Assembly (NCBI GenBank): GCA_963794945.1
Contig: CAWCFT010000001.1
Location: forward strand, 32,001-96,000
DNA length: 64,000 nt
Direction: 5' to 3'
DNA from: Endomicrobiales bacterium
GTDB lineage: Bacteria > Elusimicrobiota > Endomicrobiia > Endomicrobiales > CAWCFT01
The stretch's first letter is position 1; the number at the start of each line of letters is the position of its first letter. Below the pieces are notes generated by a model that saw only the letters and a program-made list of their open reading frames with translations, searched no databases and had not been told where the DNA came from. Of this stretch, positions 1 through 11,600 are shown in pieces. Both the position numbers and the translations under genes were made by a program.

Positions 1-319
1 TCCAATCGTAGCTGAACACGCTGGTAAAATCTATCAGGTCGAGGCTTATCTGTTCCGGCGTACCGGTAACTTCCGATTTGCCATACCCCTCTTTAAGAAC
101 GCTGAGCCATTTGGTGTCCGTATAATCTTTCTCGGCTGAAGCGTCAAGGCTTACCCCCCAGCTTTTCGAGTCCTTTTCCTGCCCGGACCAGTTATCCGAT
201 ACGCCCGTCTGGTTATAAACCGCGCCGAAAATGCCTTTGAGTTTGAGGTCCTGGCTTACAGCCATAAGAGGGGAATACGATATAATACTGGCGGTCAAAA
301 GAATTATGATCTTTTTCAT
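1..319 (-). CDS. Secreted or outer-membrane protein, DUF3078-like (runs off the window edge)
   Basis: Not in the ORF track. Translating from the ATG at 319 gives MKKIIILLTASIISYSPLMA (signal-peptide-like), then ...YNQTGVSDNWSGQE...WLSVLKEGYGKS..., which resembles the N-terminal part of DUF3078 barrels. The frame stays open to base 1. Confidence 0.55.
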   Translation of the reverse strand, partial: MKKIIILLTASIISYSPLMAVSQDLKLKGIFGAVYNQTGVSDNWSGQEKDSKSWGVSLDASAEKDYTDTKWLSVLKEGYGKSEVTGTPEQISLDLIDFTSVFSYDW

Positions 320-484
320 GATCTGGGCCCGTCCGGCATGACACGCGGCTGCGCAAAAAGTCTTTGTTCTTACGAATACTTATCCACTTCATATTATACC
401 TTCTTGCCATCTTTTAACACTGACCCCAATCCCATTTTTACTACTCAAAATACAGGTCGCGGAAACCGCCCCAATAAACTTGCT

Positions 485-523
485 AAAAATAAAAAACCGC
501 ACCGGGCACAAACCCAATGCGGT
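485..523 (-). terminator. Rho-independent terminator after rpoD
   Basis: Minus strand reads ACCGCATTGGG-TTTGTG-CCCGGTGCGGT followed by TTTTTATTTTT. Confidence 0.75.
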
Positions 524-563
524 ATTTCTTTTACGAGGCTATTAGACTTATCTATCTATGTAT

Positions 564-2291
564 CTATTCCAGGTATTCCTTTAGTGTTTTGCTTCTTGAG
601 GGGTGGCGCAGCTTCCTTACTGCTTTCGCTTCTATCTGCCTGACCCTTTCCCTTGTTACGCCGAATATCTTGCCCACTTCTTCAAGCGTTCTTGGATAAC
701 CCACGCCTATGCCGTAGCGAAGCCTTATGATATCGGCTTCCCTGGGCGTCAATGTGCAGAGCACTTTTTCTATCTCGAGCTGAAGCCTGTACTGCTGGCT
801 TTTTTGCACGGGGTTCGGGTTGTTATGATCTTCTATGAAATCCTCAAGGCGTGAATCTTCTTCTTCACCAATAGGCGTCGCGAGCGATACCGGCTCCTGC
901 ATCATCTTGAGGACCCTTCTGACCCTGTCCGAAGAGAGCCTTAGGAATTTGCAGTATTCTTCAATGTTCGGTTCGCGGCCGTGCTCCTGCTGGTATTTCT
1001 TTTTTATTTTTGTGAGCTTGGATATCAGCTCTTTCATGTGCACGGGGATACGGATTGTCCTCGCCTGGTCGGCTATGGCGCGGTTGATCGACTGCCTTAT
1101 CCACCAGGTGGCGTAAGTGGAGAACTTAAAACCTCTTTTCCATTCGAATTTCTCTACGGCCTTTGAAAGGCCGAGGTTCCCTTCCTGTATCAGGTCGGAA
1201 AGTTCCAGGTTGCTCATACCGACGTGCTTTTTTGCTATCGATACCACAAGCCTGAAGTTCGCTTCGATGAGCTTCATCTTGTCGCGGTGGATGACCTCTT
1301 CGAGCTCCCGTATTTTCTTGTCGGTCTCGATGAGTTTTTCCCTGGTTATCGAGAATCCTTCCTCGAGGTTGAACTGCCGGTTTATAATGACCTCAAGGTT
1401 GACTACCAGCGCTTCGATCCCTGACGGAGTAAACCCCGTCTGCTTCTTGAATTCCTGGGCAGTCATTTTCCGGGCTTTCATCAATTTGTATAGATGGAGC
1501 AGTTTAGTGTACGGCATTTTGAGCCTGCGCTCGTAACGCTGTATCTCTTCCCCGATCTCGGTGAGTTTCTGGGCGGTTGTTTTGATCTTGTTGATGAGCC
1601 TCTTTATCTTGTCCTGGTTTAAGTTCAAACCCACAATAAGATTGATTATTTTTAAGCGCAGGCTCTCAACTATACCGGCAAGCTTTTCTTTTTTTACGTC
1701 GGTGAGTTTTCTTGAACGAAGTTTCTCTTCGGACTGCTTTATCTTTTTCTCAAGGCCTGTTATCTGGCGCACTGTCGTGCGTATCTTAAGCCTCATGCCG
1801 CGCAGCTGGGCCGTGGACTTGCGCCCCCTGGGCATGAGCTCCTTGGGGGTCATCTCCTGCTGGCTTATGAGAGTCTCCCAGTTGCGTATCTCCTTGATGA
1901 TCAGAGGAGATTCAAGCACAATATGTTTGAGTTTCTTTTCATTTTCGCGGATGCTTCTGGCAAGGTTGACTTCGGTGGCCCTGTCCAGCAGGGAAACCTT
2001 GGCCATCTCGCTAAGATACATCCTGACGGGATTTATGACATCGTCCTCACCGGATGATTTTATATGGGCCTCTTCCGCATGTTCACGTATTTCGTGGCTT
2101 TTACCGGCAAAATCTTTTTCCTGTTCCACGACCGAAATACCCATTTCGTCCAGCACGCCGAAAAATGAGTCTATTTCCTCAGCCGCTATCACCGCCCTCG
2201 GTATACCCTTGTTGATCTCGTCGTAGGTAAGGTAACCGTGCTCTTTCCCCATCTCGATCAAATCTTTAAACACATTGTTGTTAATTGGCAT
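564..2291 (-). CDS. rpoD: RNA polymerase primary sigma factor RpoD (sigma70)
   Basis: Region 1.1 (GYLTYDEIN), 1.2 (PVRMYL), region 2 ([25 protein letters not shown]) and region 4 (TLEEVG...TRERVRQIE). The likely start at 2291 overlaps the dnaG stop (TAATG). Confidence 0.97.
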   Translation of the reverse strand: MPINNNVFKDLIEMGKEHGYLTYDEINKGIPRAVIAAEEIDSFFGVLDEMGISVVEQEKDFAGKSHEIREHAEEAHIKSSGEDDVINPVRMYLSEMAKVSLLDRATEVNLARSIRENEKKLKHIVLESPLIIKEIRNWETLISQQEMTPKELMPRGRKSTAQLRGMRLKIRTTVRQITGLEKKIKQSEEKLRSRKLTDVKKEKLAGIVESLRLKIINLIVGLNLNQDKIKRLINKIKTTAQKLTEIGEEIQRYERRLKMPYTKLLHLYKLMKARKMTAQEFKKQTGFTPSGIEALVVNLEVIINRQFNLEEGFSITREKLIETDKKIRELEEVIHRDKMKLIEANFRLVVSIAKKHVGMSNLELSDLIQEGNLGLSKAVEKFEWKRGFKFSTYATWWIRQSINRAIADQARTIRIPVHMKELISKLTKIKKKYQQEHGREPNIEEYCKFLRLSSDRVRRVLKMMQEPVSLATPIGEEEDSRLEDFIEDHNNPNPVQKSQQYRLQLEIEKVLCTLTPREADIIRLRYGIGVGYPRTLEEVGKIFGVTRERVRQIEAKAVRKLRHPSRSKTLKEYLE

Positions 2292-4030
2292 TAGGATTTC
2301 CCCGACCCTTTTAGTTGAACGTTCAGATCGTTCCATTTTTGTCTTTTAAGTTCGTCCATAGGTATCTCGCCGGATAGCATTTTGTTGACTTCGCTTTCCA
2401 GCTTCCTGCGCTGTATCTCCAGCTCAGCTTTTTTTATGTCATTTACAAAGTTTCCCAGAATGTGCCCGGGATTTGTATACGGTTTATCTTCCATCAAAAG
2501 TTCCGTAAGCCAGTTCGAGTCTTCTTCCGTAAAGCTTTCAGGCACTTTCCCGGGAGCCATACCCGCTGCCAAAGACTCAAACACCTTCTTGCAGCGCTCG
2601 TCTTTAAATATATCTGCTTTCACCCGGACGGCAAGTTCCGGATACGCCGGCAACCAGCTGAATGCAGCTGCTCTTCGGCCGAACGGCTGCCCGCGTTCCT
2701 GGCCTCTTTGACCTTTGTTTCCCGGGCCGGCTTCAGGCTAATGGATTTTTTCCTTCTATTCCACTCGGAAAGGAACGCTTCTTCAGTGATACCCAGCCTT
2801 TCCGAAACGTATTTTATCCACTCGCTTCTCATCACCGCGTTCTTGATCTTTTCAAGGTACGGGATTATATCCGCCGCGGCTTTGACTTTCGAGTCTGGTG
2901 TTTTAACACTGTAAACTTTTTCCAACTGCGACACCAGGAAACCTTCAGCCGTCATGCTGCTTGCATTTACTAATTCAATGAACTTATCAAAACCGTTCCC
3001 GATAAGGTATTCGTCGGGGTCAACGCCGTCCGGCATGGCCGCGACCAATATGGCGAGCTCGGTCTCAAGCAAAGTGTCGATAGCCCTTTTCGCTGCATTC
3101 TCGCCGGCGCTATCAGAGTCAAACATCAGTATTACCTTATCAGAATATCTTTTTAGCAATTGCGACTGCTGCTGCGTCAAAGCCGTTCCGGAAGTCGCCA
3201 CGGTGTTCGTTGCCCCGAACTGATGAGAAACCACGACATCCATGTAGCCTTCAAGCACCATCACTTCGGCTTTTTTACGCAGCGTCGGCATGGCCTGAAA
3301 GAGCCCGTAAAGCTGAGCTGATTTGGAGTACACCGCCGAGTCGGGGCTATTGAGGTACTTCGGCTGGTCGTCTTTAAGCGTCCTGCCTCCGAACGCGACC
3401 ACCCTTCCCTGCGTGTCAAATATAGGAAAGACCAGCCTGTCCGACATGTATTCAAAGAACCTGCCGCGTTCGGTCTTTGTTATAAGCCCGGCGGCGGTGA
3501 GCTGTTCCGTCGAAATACCTTTCTTCGTGGTTTTTTCAATGAGCTTGCCCTGAGGGGCAAAACCTATTTTGAATTTCTCTATGCTTTCTTTGCTTACGCC
3601 GCGCTTCGCCAGGTATTTTCTAGCGTGCGCCGCGTCCGGTGAATCATTGAACACCCTGTGGTAAAAATCAGCGGTTTGTTCAAGTATATCGTATATGCCC
3701 TGTTTTTCCGAACGTTTTATTATGTTCTGTGAATGTCTCTTTGATCTCTATGCCGGCCCTGGCTGCGAGTTTTCGCACAGCTTCCGGCCAGGCGCTGGAA
3801 TCCATCATCATAACGAACTTGAACGCGTCCCCGCCTTCGTGGCAGCCAAAACAGTGGAATATGCCTTTCTCGGCGCTTACCATGAACGACGGCGTTTTTT
3901 CATTATGGAACGGGCAGTTGGCTTTCCAGTTCCGCCCAGACCGTTTAAGGCCTGGAACATATTCCTTCACAAGCTCAACTATATCTGTCGACAAACGTAT
4001 CTTGTCTATGGTCTCAACTGGGATTGTCAT
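2291..4030 (-). CDS. dnaG: DNA primase, split into three ORFs by two apparent frameshifts (~3720 and ~2660)
   Basis: CHC2 zinc finger ([11 protein letters not shown]...HCFGC), catalytic motifs (FGGR, PKYLNSP) and TOPRIM (EGYMDV, FDSD.AG). Directly upstream of rpoD. Confidence 0.95.
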
Positions 4031-4096
4031 GGTTCTCTGATTAGCGGCAGAAGAGTTTTGCGGTCAGCGCGGGATGATTCTTCTATCGCCGTGAAT

Positions 4097-5061
4097 CTAG
4101 TTCTTTCTGCGGAAACGGCGAAAACCCGAGCATTCTATAAAATCAATGGGGCCGAATTTTTTTTCTGCCGCGTCAAAAAGCAGGTTTAACCCAAGGTTGT
4201 CAGACGAAATATGGCCAGCTATCACAACGCGTATGTGAAACTTCTCCGCGTCTTTGTAGTGGTCCTCGCTCATGTGCATGCCGACTATTGTGCCCACGCC
4301 GGAATCGGCGAGGTGTTCCAGTATCTCTTTCGGCCCCTCGGTCCCGCCCGTCATGTCTACAAATACTTTGCCGGCGCTGTTCTCGTCCGATCCGGAAAAA
4401 ATGACCGGCCCCGCTCCGGAACGCGCTGCTTCCTGATATTCCGGAAGCCCTTTAAGTATTTTCATCACATCTTCAATGCGTTTAGGTTTCTGGCTGTCAA
4501 ACATGTCTTGAAGAAAGCTCGCTACCTGGTTATCAGCCACCGTGTGAGCGGACATGAAAGGAAAACCAAGAAGCCTTGCCGCGTCCGAGGCCCTGTTGTG
4601 GTTCTGGGGCATCACACTTCTTCCGACCTGCTTCATCCTTTTCTCGGTAAGCGACTCTGATATATTTATAGGCACGCCGTATTTAGTGAAAATATCAGAA
4701 CTGCATGTTCATCACGTTATAGAACGTCGCGTAAGCCTTGCCTTCCGGGTGATGCGTGAGAACAAGGTCTATCTTCTTTCCCGAAGACTTCAAGTTGGAG
4801 GCCAGCAGCAGTTTCCGGCGTTTCCATGTCTATCCCGGTAATGACGGTCTTTATTTCCTCGTCGCCGGAACCATTGAGTATTCGCGAATCGAGATAGGGG
4901 TTAGTAAGCCTGTCGCGGTCGTAATCTTTCTTCTCTTCGTCCGAGAGTTTTTCAAACTTTTTCTTTTCTTCCGTAAGCAGCCCGTTGACGGCTTCAATGC
5001 CTCGCGGGTCTTTACTGATACCCTGCTCAACGAAAAATTCGAACAATTCCCTGAGCTTCAT
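4097..5061 (-). CDS. NIF3/NGG1p-interacting-factor-like dinuclear metal protein, frameshifted near 4800
   Basis: DPRG, NPYLDSRIL, GID, HTVADN, DMTGGTEG, GMHMSE and AGHISSDNLGLN motifs are spread across two ORFs. Confidence 0.7.
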
Positions 5062-5077
5062 TTACCCTCTCACCATG

Positions 5078-5126
5078 AAAAAGAGACAGTGCAGTGCCTT
5101 GCGGCAAGGCCGCATGACACTACACT
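5078..5126 (-). terminator. Long hairpin plus U-tract between rpsU and the downstream genes
   Basis: Minus strand reads AGTGTAGTGTC-A-TGCGGC-CTT-GCCGCA-A-GGCACTGCACT followed by GTCTCTTTTT. Confidence 0.6.
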
Positions 5127-5182
5127 AAAAGAGAACAGTGGTTCCCTTACCCTTTTAAACGTAATATTATCGTCGGTCAAAA

Positions 5183-5389
5183 TTAACGAGCCCATCTGCT
5201 ATCCTTCATCATTCTGCGGCGTATCTTCCGTTTTGCTTCGGCAAGTTTTTCCTTGCGCACAACGCTGGGAGCTCTGTAATATTCTCTCTTCTTTATCTCC
5301 TGCATAATGCCATTGCGTTCGCATTCGCGTTTGAACCGCCTGATAGCTTCTTCGATGGATTCGCCTTCACGAACCCTTACATTAACCAT
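5183..5389 (-). CDS. rpsU: 30S ribosomal protein S21
   Basis: MVNVRVREGESIEEAIRRFKR...KREYYRAPS, with an AGGTGG Shine-Dalgarno-like sequence upstream. Confidence 0.95.
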   Translation of the reverse strand: MVNVRVREGESIEEAIRRFKRECERNGIMQEIKKREYYRAPSVVRKEKLAEAKRKIRRRMMKDSRWAR

Positions 5390-5437
5390 TTGTAAAAACA
5401 CCACCTTTCTTATATATTAAATTTCTTGTTTCCAATT

Positions 5438-5779
5438 TTATCCCGGAGGCCACTTGAATTTACGGCCTCCAAGCAGGTGATAATGTATGTGCGCCACCGC
5501 CTGCCCGGCGTTCTTCCCGCAATTCAACACCAGCCTGTACCCGTCTTCGCTGATATTTTCCGTTTTCGCGAGTTCTTTAGCCACATACTGGATCTGTCCG
5601 ATCAGCGCCGCGTCCTGCACCGTAACATCGTTGAGGCCTGGAATATGCTTTTTTGTAATGATCAGAATGTGTACCGGCGCCTGAGGGGCGATATCCCTGA
5701 ACGCAACGATATCTTTATTTTCAAAAACTATTTGCGCCGGTATCTCTTTGCCGGCGATCTTACAAAAAAGGCAATCCAC
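5438..5779 (-). CDS. Histidine triad (HIT) nucleotide-binding protein
   Basis: DCLFCKI, DIAPQAPVH, HIHYHLLGGR and C-terminal WPPG. Likely GTG start at 5779 after GGGAG. Confidence 0.93.
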   Translation of the reverse strand: MDCLFCKIAGKEIPAQIVFENKDIVAFRDIAPQAPVHILIITKKHIPGLNDVTVQDAALIGQIQYVAKELAKTENISEDGYRLVLNCGKNAGQAVAHIHYHLLGGRKFKWPPG

Positions 5780-5944
5780 TATTATCTCCCGGCCGGCCAT
5801 AAATATGCGCTATGAGCCAAGGCAGAAATAATTCCCCATCATGCACAGGACTGCGTTAAAAATCCTATACGAAAATACAGAAATACGTCCGAGCATTTCA
5901 AAGAACGGACGTTTTCTATGAAAATCTAAAATTCCTGTGGATTA

Positions 5945-5973
5945 ATTATATCAGAATCGGTTTTGAAAAGCAA
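5945..5973 (-). promoter_or_regulatory. sigma70-type promoter for hit-rpsU
   Basis: TTGCTT-17 nt-TATAAT with a TG extension (TGATATAAT) on the minus strand. Confidence 0.6.
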
Positions 5974-6082
5974 GTGTTTTAGCTGTTAATCCTTAGTTGA
6001 CTTGAAATTAATATGACAATACCAGCCATTTATTATAAAGTATCTTAATAATAATTATTAAGGCTGCATAACATTTTAAACA

Positions 6083-8657
6083 CTATTGAAATAATTTTTC
6101 CGCTAGTGATCCGCAAGCCGCTTTGAGTTCAACCGCGTTCTTTGCTTTTATGTCAGCGGATTTCAATATCTGGCCGGTTTCAACGTCTATCAAGTTCGCG
6201 GTTATAAAATAGGTATCCTCAAGTTTTGAAAGGCTGCCTACTACCATACGGTTTACATTAAGTATTTTCCCAAGTTTTACGGCGCAGTCTGATTCCGTGC
6301 ATCCGGTTTGCTGGAAACGCGGCCTCAGCGAGGATTTTATCCATGCTTGATTTTTCAACTACTGTCACCTTGCCCAACTTCACGATCTCAGTCCTAAGGA
6401 AATCAGATACAATTGAAGCGTTTGCCGGAGAGGTATTCTTGGCCGCAAAATCAGACACGGCGATATTCTGTTTATTTTCCTTTACTAACACCTGTTGTGT
6501 TTTCTGCGGGCGGATCTCAGTTCCGTCAGGCGAGACAAGGATGAATTCAACCCTGCGGTTTAAGCGGCGGCCTTCTTCTTTGTCATTTGTCGCTATCGGC
6601 ATCCTGCCGCCAAACCCCTGGGCCGTGATCTTGTCAGCGGAAATTCCCTTATTTATCAGGTAGTCCCTTACGCTGTCCGCCCGGTTTTGCGAAAGGTCAA
6701 AGTTATGCATGGCATCGCCCACATTATCAGTATGGCCTTCCACGTGTAAAGAATAACCATGGTTCCTTTTTATGGTTTGGGCTACCCTGTTGAGTACCGG
6801 CTTGTCCTCAGCACTAAGGTTGTATTTGTCCGTATCGAAGTTTATAAGGCTTGCCTCGGCCTGCAGCAGTTTAACGCTTGCGGCCAGCTGGGTCAGAGTT
6901 ACGCCGTCAGCGCGGTTAGACGCCGGGCCTTCGCCGTTTTGATTAACTACCTTTATAATGCGGCTGTATGTAGTACTTTCTTCAAGCGATTGTTCGAGCC
7001 AGGAACTTGTGTTTGCCTGAAGTTCCGCGAGCAGCCTGTTATCCTTGAAATCATATATACGGTAAGATGTTACGTATTTAGCATCCTGCCATTCCCACTT
7101 TATGGACGAAGTTGACACTCCAACCCCTGAAAACAATATGGGCTGATTTACGATCATAACGCAGTCCGCGCGGTTTGATGCCGGGCCTTCGCCGTCACGC
7201 GTAACAACTTTTACAATACGGCTGTATGAAATATTTTCCTGCAGGGATGATTCCAGCCAGAAACTCGTGCTTGGCTGAAGTTCCGCAAGCATCCTGTTAT
7301 CCTTGAAATCGTAGATGCGGTAAGATACCGCGTCTTTGACTACCGGCCATTGCCACATAATTGATGAGGTTGAAACAATTGTTCCTGAAAGCTGAACCAC
7401 AGGGAAGACCGGTAAAGGCATTGTCCTGCCTTTTGCCGTATTGGAATACCCCGAAACAGCGCCGTTTTTGCCAACTGCCCGGGCTTTGAACCAGTAATCC
7501 GTGTCCGGAGAAAGCCCGCTTATTACCGTTGATGTTTTGGTTAAATTATAGCTTTGGGAAACAGCTACAGCGGTATCGTTAAAGGTCTCGTACTTTGATT
7601 GTATAATCTCATACCGCGTATTACCGGGGTTTCCATGGGCGTCCCAGGCAAGCGTAGCCGTAGTTCTGCCTGTTTCCTTAACCGTAAGGTTCAGAGGTTC
7701 GCGCGCTTTGCTGACAAATGGCCCTAGGAATAACGTAAGCGTTATGCGCTGGGTATCTCCAAGAACATTGAAAGGCGCATAGGCATAATCAAAACGCATG
7801 TTCGCGTACGCTATGCCGAGGCCCGTTGTGAACCCATCAGTGTCATAATCAGCGCGATAACCGGCCCTAACGAATAATTGTTCTTTGTATGCATATTCCA
7901 GGCCTCCGCGGAAATGCGCGTTATCGTCAATGGGCTCGACACCGTCAACGGCCGCAAGCAGTGTTGACGGGCCAAAAGTGAACTTGTGAGAAACACCCAG
8001 GTCGAATTCCTGAGCCAGTTGTTCGTCTATCTGTTCAATTTTGTAAAGGCTGCCGAAATTACGTCCGGCCATGCCGACAACCGTATTTTTATCCAAATAG
8101 AAGCTCAAACCAGCGTCGCCGGCGCACCCTTGCGCCATATCCTGGTCTATGGCCAGGCGCATTGTTTTAAACGCCACGCCAGCGAGCAAGTCTTTGTGGA
8201 AAACTGAGTATTTTCTTGCGTAAGCCAGCGAAAGGTTCATGTCGGAGGCGCCGAATGTGCCGTCTTCAATGGGCAATCCGTACGGATCCTGTCCTGTTAC
8301 CCTTATCATCGGCCCGTAATCAAGATAGGTATAGCTTAACCCTAACCCCGCGCACTTGCCAATGGGCATCGCTATATCAATGTTGCCGTATTTGGTATCA
8401 GCGAACCAGTTGGCATATGTCGCGCTGACCTGCTCGTTTGGCATTACAGCTATTCCTGAAGGGTTCCAATCAATGCTTGCCGCTTCACCGGGGACTGCTG
8501 TATAAGCTCCACCGAAACCGCTGGCGCGCGCTGAGGGCCCTATAAGCAGAAATGCTCCTGCACGGGTTCCGGCATCCGGGTTTATTGCCGCGCCTGACGG
8601 GATTGTTAAGCTCATTAATAATAGTACAATGATGAAAAGCGACGTTTTATTTCTCAT
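6083..8657 (-). CDS. PorV/FadL-like outer-membrane barrel fused to 3 FN3-like domains, an OmpA-like peptidoglycan-binding domain and a CsgG/HfaB-like C-terminal domain (~857 aa; frameshift at ~6313)
   Basis: Signal peptide, then GPSARASGFGGAYTA...WNPSG and alternating beta-strand patterns (GLEY, RAGY, FDYAY). FN3 motif GLSPDTDYWFKARA. OmpA motifs VEGHTDNVG, LSQNRA, NRRVEF. Removing one base joins NIAVSDF...MDKILAEAAF to QQTGCTESDCAVKLGKILNV...LIDVETG. Confidence 0.8.
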
Positions 8658-11600
8658 TTTATTATTGCCAATTTCTGCAAGGTCTGGTTTGAGCCTAGTT
8701 TATAACGCACTATGTAAACGCCTTTTGCTATTTTGTTGTTGCTGCCTACTACCTCTCCATCAGAGGCGTCATATTCTCCGTTGCCGCCGTTCCACATAAA
8801 CTGGTGGCGCCCTTGAGTCCGCTCGCTGTTAACCAGGACTGCCACCTTTTCGCCCGCTATGTCGTAAATGTCTATAATGACCGGGCCGGCAAACGACATA
8901 TCGTAAACGAAAGTGGCATTGCCCTTAAGCGGGTTAAAGGGATTAGGCGACGGAACATAAGACTTTTGTTCAGTTACAGTGAAGATGTCGAGCAGCATAC
9001 CTCTTTGGGTCATAGTATTTAGTGTACCTGCCGCTGCCGTCCACGTCTATTCCCCAGTCAAGTGTGCCGTCGCCGCTATAATCGAACAACTTGATCGGCG
9101 TTATCAGCCCGCTGTTGGGGTTTACAAATTTATCCGGAATTCCTTTGCCTTTTGTGTCAATAAGGAACTCATTTTTTCCGTCCGTCAGGGCTGCCACGCT
9201 TACGACTGAATTGGTCTGGCCTGTCGAGTCGACATAGACATTGTAACCACCGGAGCCGCCGTTGAAATTAAGGAAGGTTCCCGGTACTGTGGGAACGCCG
9301 GTCACGGCTAAAGAATGCACAACAACCCCAGTCGCAGGGTTGAAATAGCTGTCAGGTATACCATCATTGTTTGAATCAAATATATAATCCATCACACCGT
9401 TTCCAAGCACATCTTTTGCTATAAGCTTGTATGCGAAATTGATGTCCGGGTCCCAGTAATATGTAGGGGTGTAGTTTCCCTGGGTAGAAATCAGGAAATC
9501 TGTCCTGCCGTTGCCTTCACCGTCAATCCTGTAAACCATTGTTGAACCGGCGGCAACGTAGTCGGAATAACCCTTTGATGGATTTAAGCTATCTGTGTAA
9601 GCGTAAGAAAGAACACCGTTGCCCGTAAGATTAATAACTTTGTAGGATTGCGAGGTAAAGAAATATTCAAGCATCGCAAAGTTTGAAGGGATAAGATTCT
9701 GGTTAAAAGCGCGCACTCTGAACCAGTAAGAAGTGTTTCCAGTCAGGTTCGAGATGATCGCGGAGACCGCCCCCGTAGAGGCCGAGACAGATACTGGTGT
9801 TGATATGGAAAGCACGAAGTTATCAGTAGAAATTGAAACCTCATAATGCGTGTAGCCGGGGTTGCCGTTGGCGTTCCACGAGAAGTTAGCGCTGGTTAAT
9901 GCCGCGGTGTTTGCCGCAAGCGATGTCGGCACGGCAGCTGGAGTCAATATTCCAGCCGGGACAAGGTTAGTATAAGTTGGCACGCCTGCGCCGTTTATCG
10001 CGGCCACACGGCCATAATAAGTTGTATTAGGCATAAGCCCTGCCGCAAGGCCACCATCCGCGGAGCGGACAGTCGCGCTTGAATATATCGTGCCTGAAAA
10101 ATCCTGCGCCGTAGAGACTTGGACAGCGTATATTGTATAGGCATGGTTACTGCTTGTGTCGGACCACACAATATAAATAGACGTGGCCGTTGTTGTACTC
10201 CAGATAATATTATTTGGAGTATCCGCAAGGGTTACACCTAAAACAGTATTCGACATGCTACCAGGCTGCCCGGAACTCTGGAAAGAGCGCACCTTGAACC
10301 AATAAGTCGTGTCCGGCATGAGGCCTGTAATTCCTGTAGTAACTGCCGTTAACCCTTGCGCGAAAACAACAGGGGTTGAAAACGCAAGGATAAAATTATC
10401 AGTCGAAACATACACCTCATAAATCGTGCCTGTTGGATTATTGTTAGCATTCCAACTAATAACGGCGGATGTCAGCGTTACACTGCTTACAGAAAGGTTT
10501 GAGGGAGCCGTTGAAAGTGTTCCTGTTGTTCCAAGTATTACCCAGGATGTATCCACGCCGGCATAGTTTGTCGCTTTAACCTGATATGAGTATGTTGTGT
10601 TCGGAGTTAACGAGCCTTGAACCCACGAAGTCAGATAAGTCGTTGAAGATGCCAGAGTGGTTAAATTTTCAACTGTGTAAAGCGTTCCCAAAGGATTGCC
10701 GTTTGCAAGCCATGAAACGGTTATGCTATTGGCAGAAACCGAATATGGCGACGCGACCGGAATATTCGCCAGCGTGATCGACGTAACCACGGCGCTAAAC
10801 GCTGTTCGTATTTGCTGCGAGTTTATAGCCGCTATACCAATTGTAAAAGTTGTGTTTGGCGTCAGGCTATTTAGCCACACAGACGATGACCAGGTTGTTG
10901 TGGAGGCAAAAACAGGTACCGCGCTGAAGCTGCCGGTTGTAGTAATGTAAGAAAACCAGCCTGAAGAAGCGATATTCACGGCATAATTAGTCCAATAAGG
11001 ATCCGCTCCGGAATTTATGGAAACAGATATACTTGATATAGCGACAGAATTTAAGTTTGGCGCGGGCGGCACGGCGGCTAGGGTTGCCGTGGGATTAAAC
11101 ACTGCCCAGGAAGTATCTATGCCTGACCCGTTGGTCGCTTTTACCTGGTATGTATAAGTAGTATTTGGTGTCAGGGCACTGTTTAGCCATGATGTCAAAT
11201 ATGTTACTGAAGACACATTCAAGGTGACATTCTGTACGGTGTAATATGTGTTCTGCGTGTTCCCTGACATTGTCCAGGATACGAGCACTGTATTTGTGGT
11301 TACAACCAGAGCGATAGGCATGGGTACTGCCGACAGCGTCACAGTTGACGCGACATTTGAGAACGCTGTAGGCGTTGCGGCATCATTGGACATAAAGGCC
11401 CGGACACGGGCGTAATAGGTTGTATTCGCAACAAGGTTATATATCGTTGTATTTGTCGATGTGAACGATGATGTAAGCGCCACAGGTGTCGAGAAGTTCA
11501 ATTCAAAACCATCAGTGGAAATGGACAGTTCATAGCGCGTGTTGACTGGATCTCCGTCAGCGTTCCATGAGAGTGTCCCCGTTGAAGACAACACGCTATT

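Noticed and set aside
213..410. 65-aa ORF from the track
   Set aside because: A different frame starting at 319 gives a signal peptide and remains open to the window edge, which is more plausible.
417..476. Short CTGACCCC and ACCGCCCC motifs (also ACCGTCCCC near 39880) resembling REP ends of tyrosine-transposase elements
   Set aside because: They are too short and unpaired to support a call, and no transposase is in the window.
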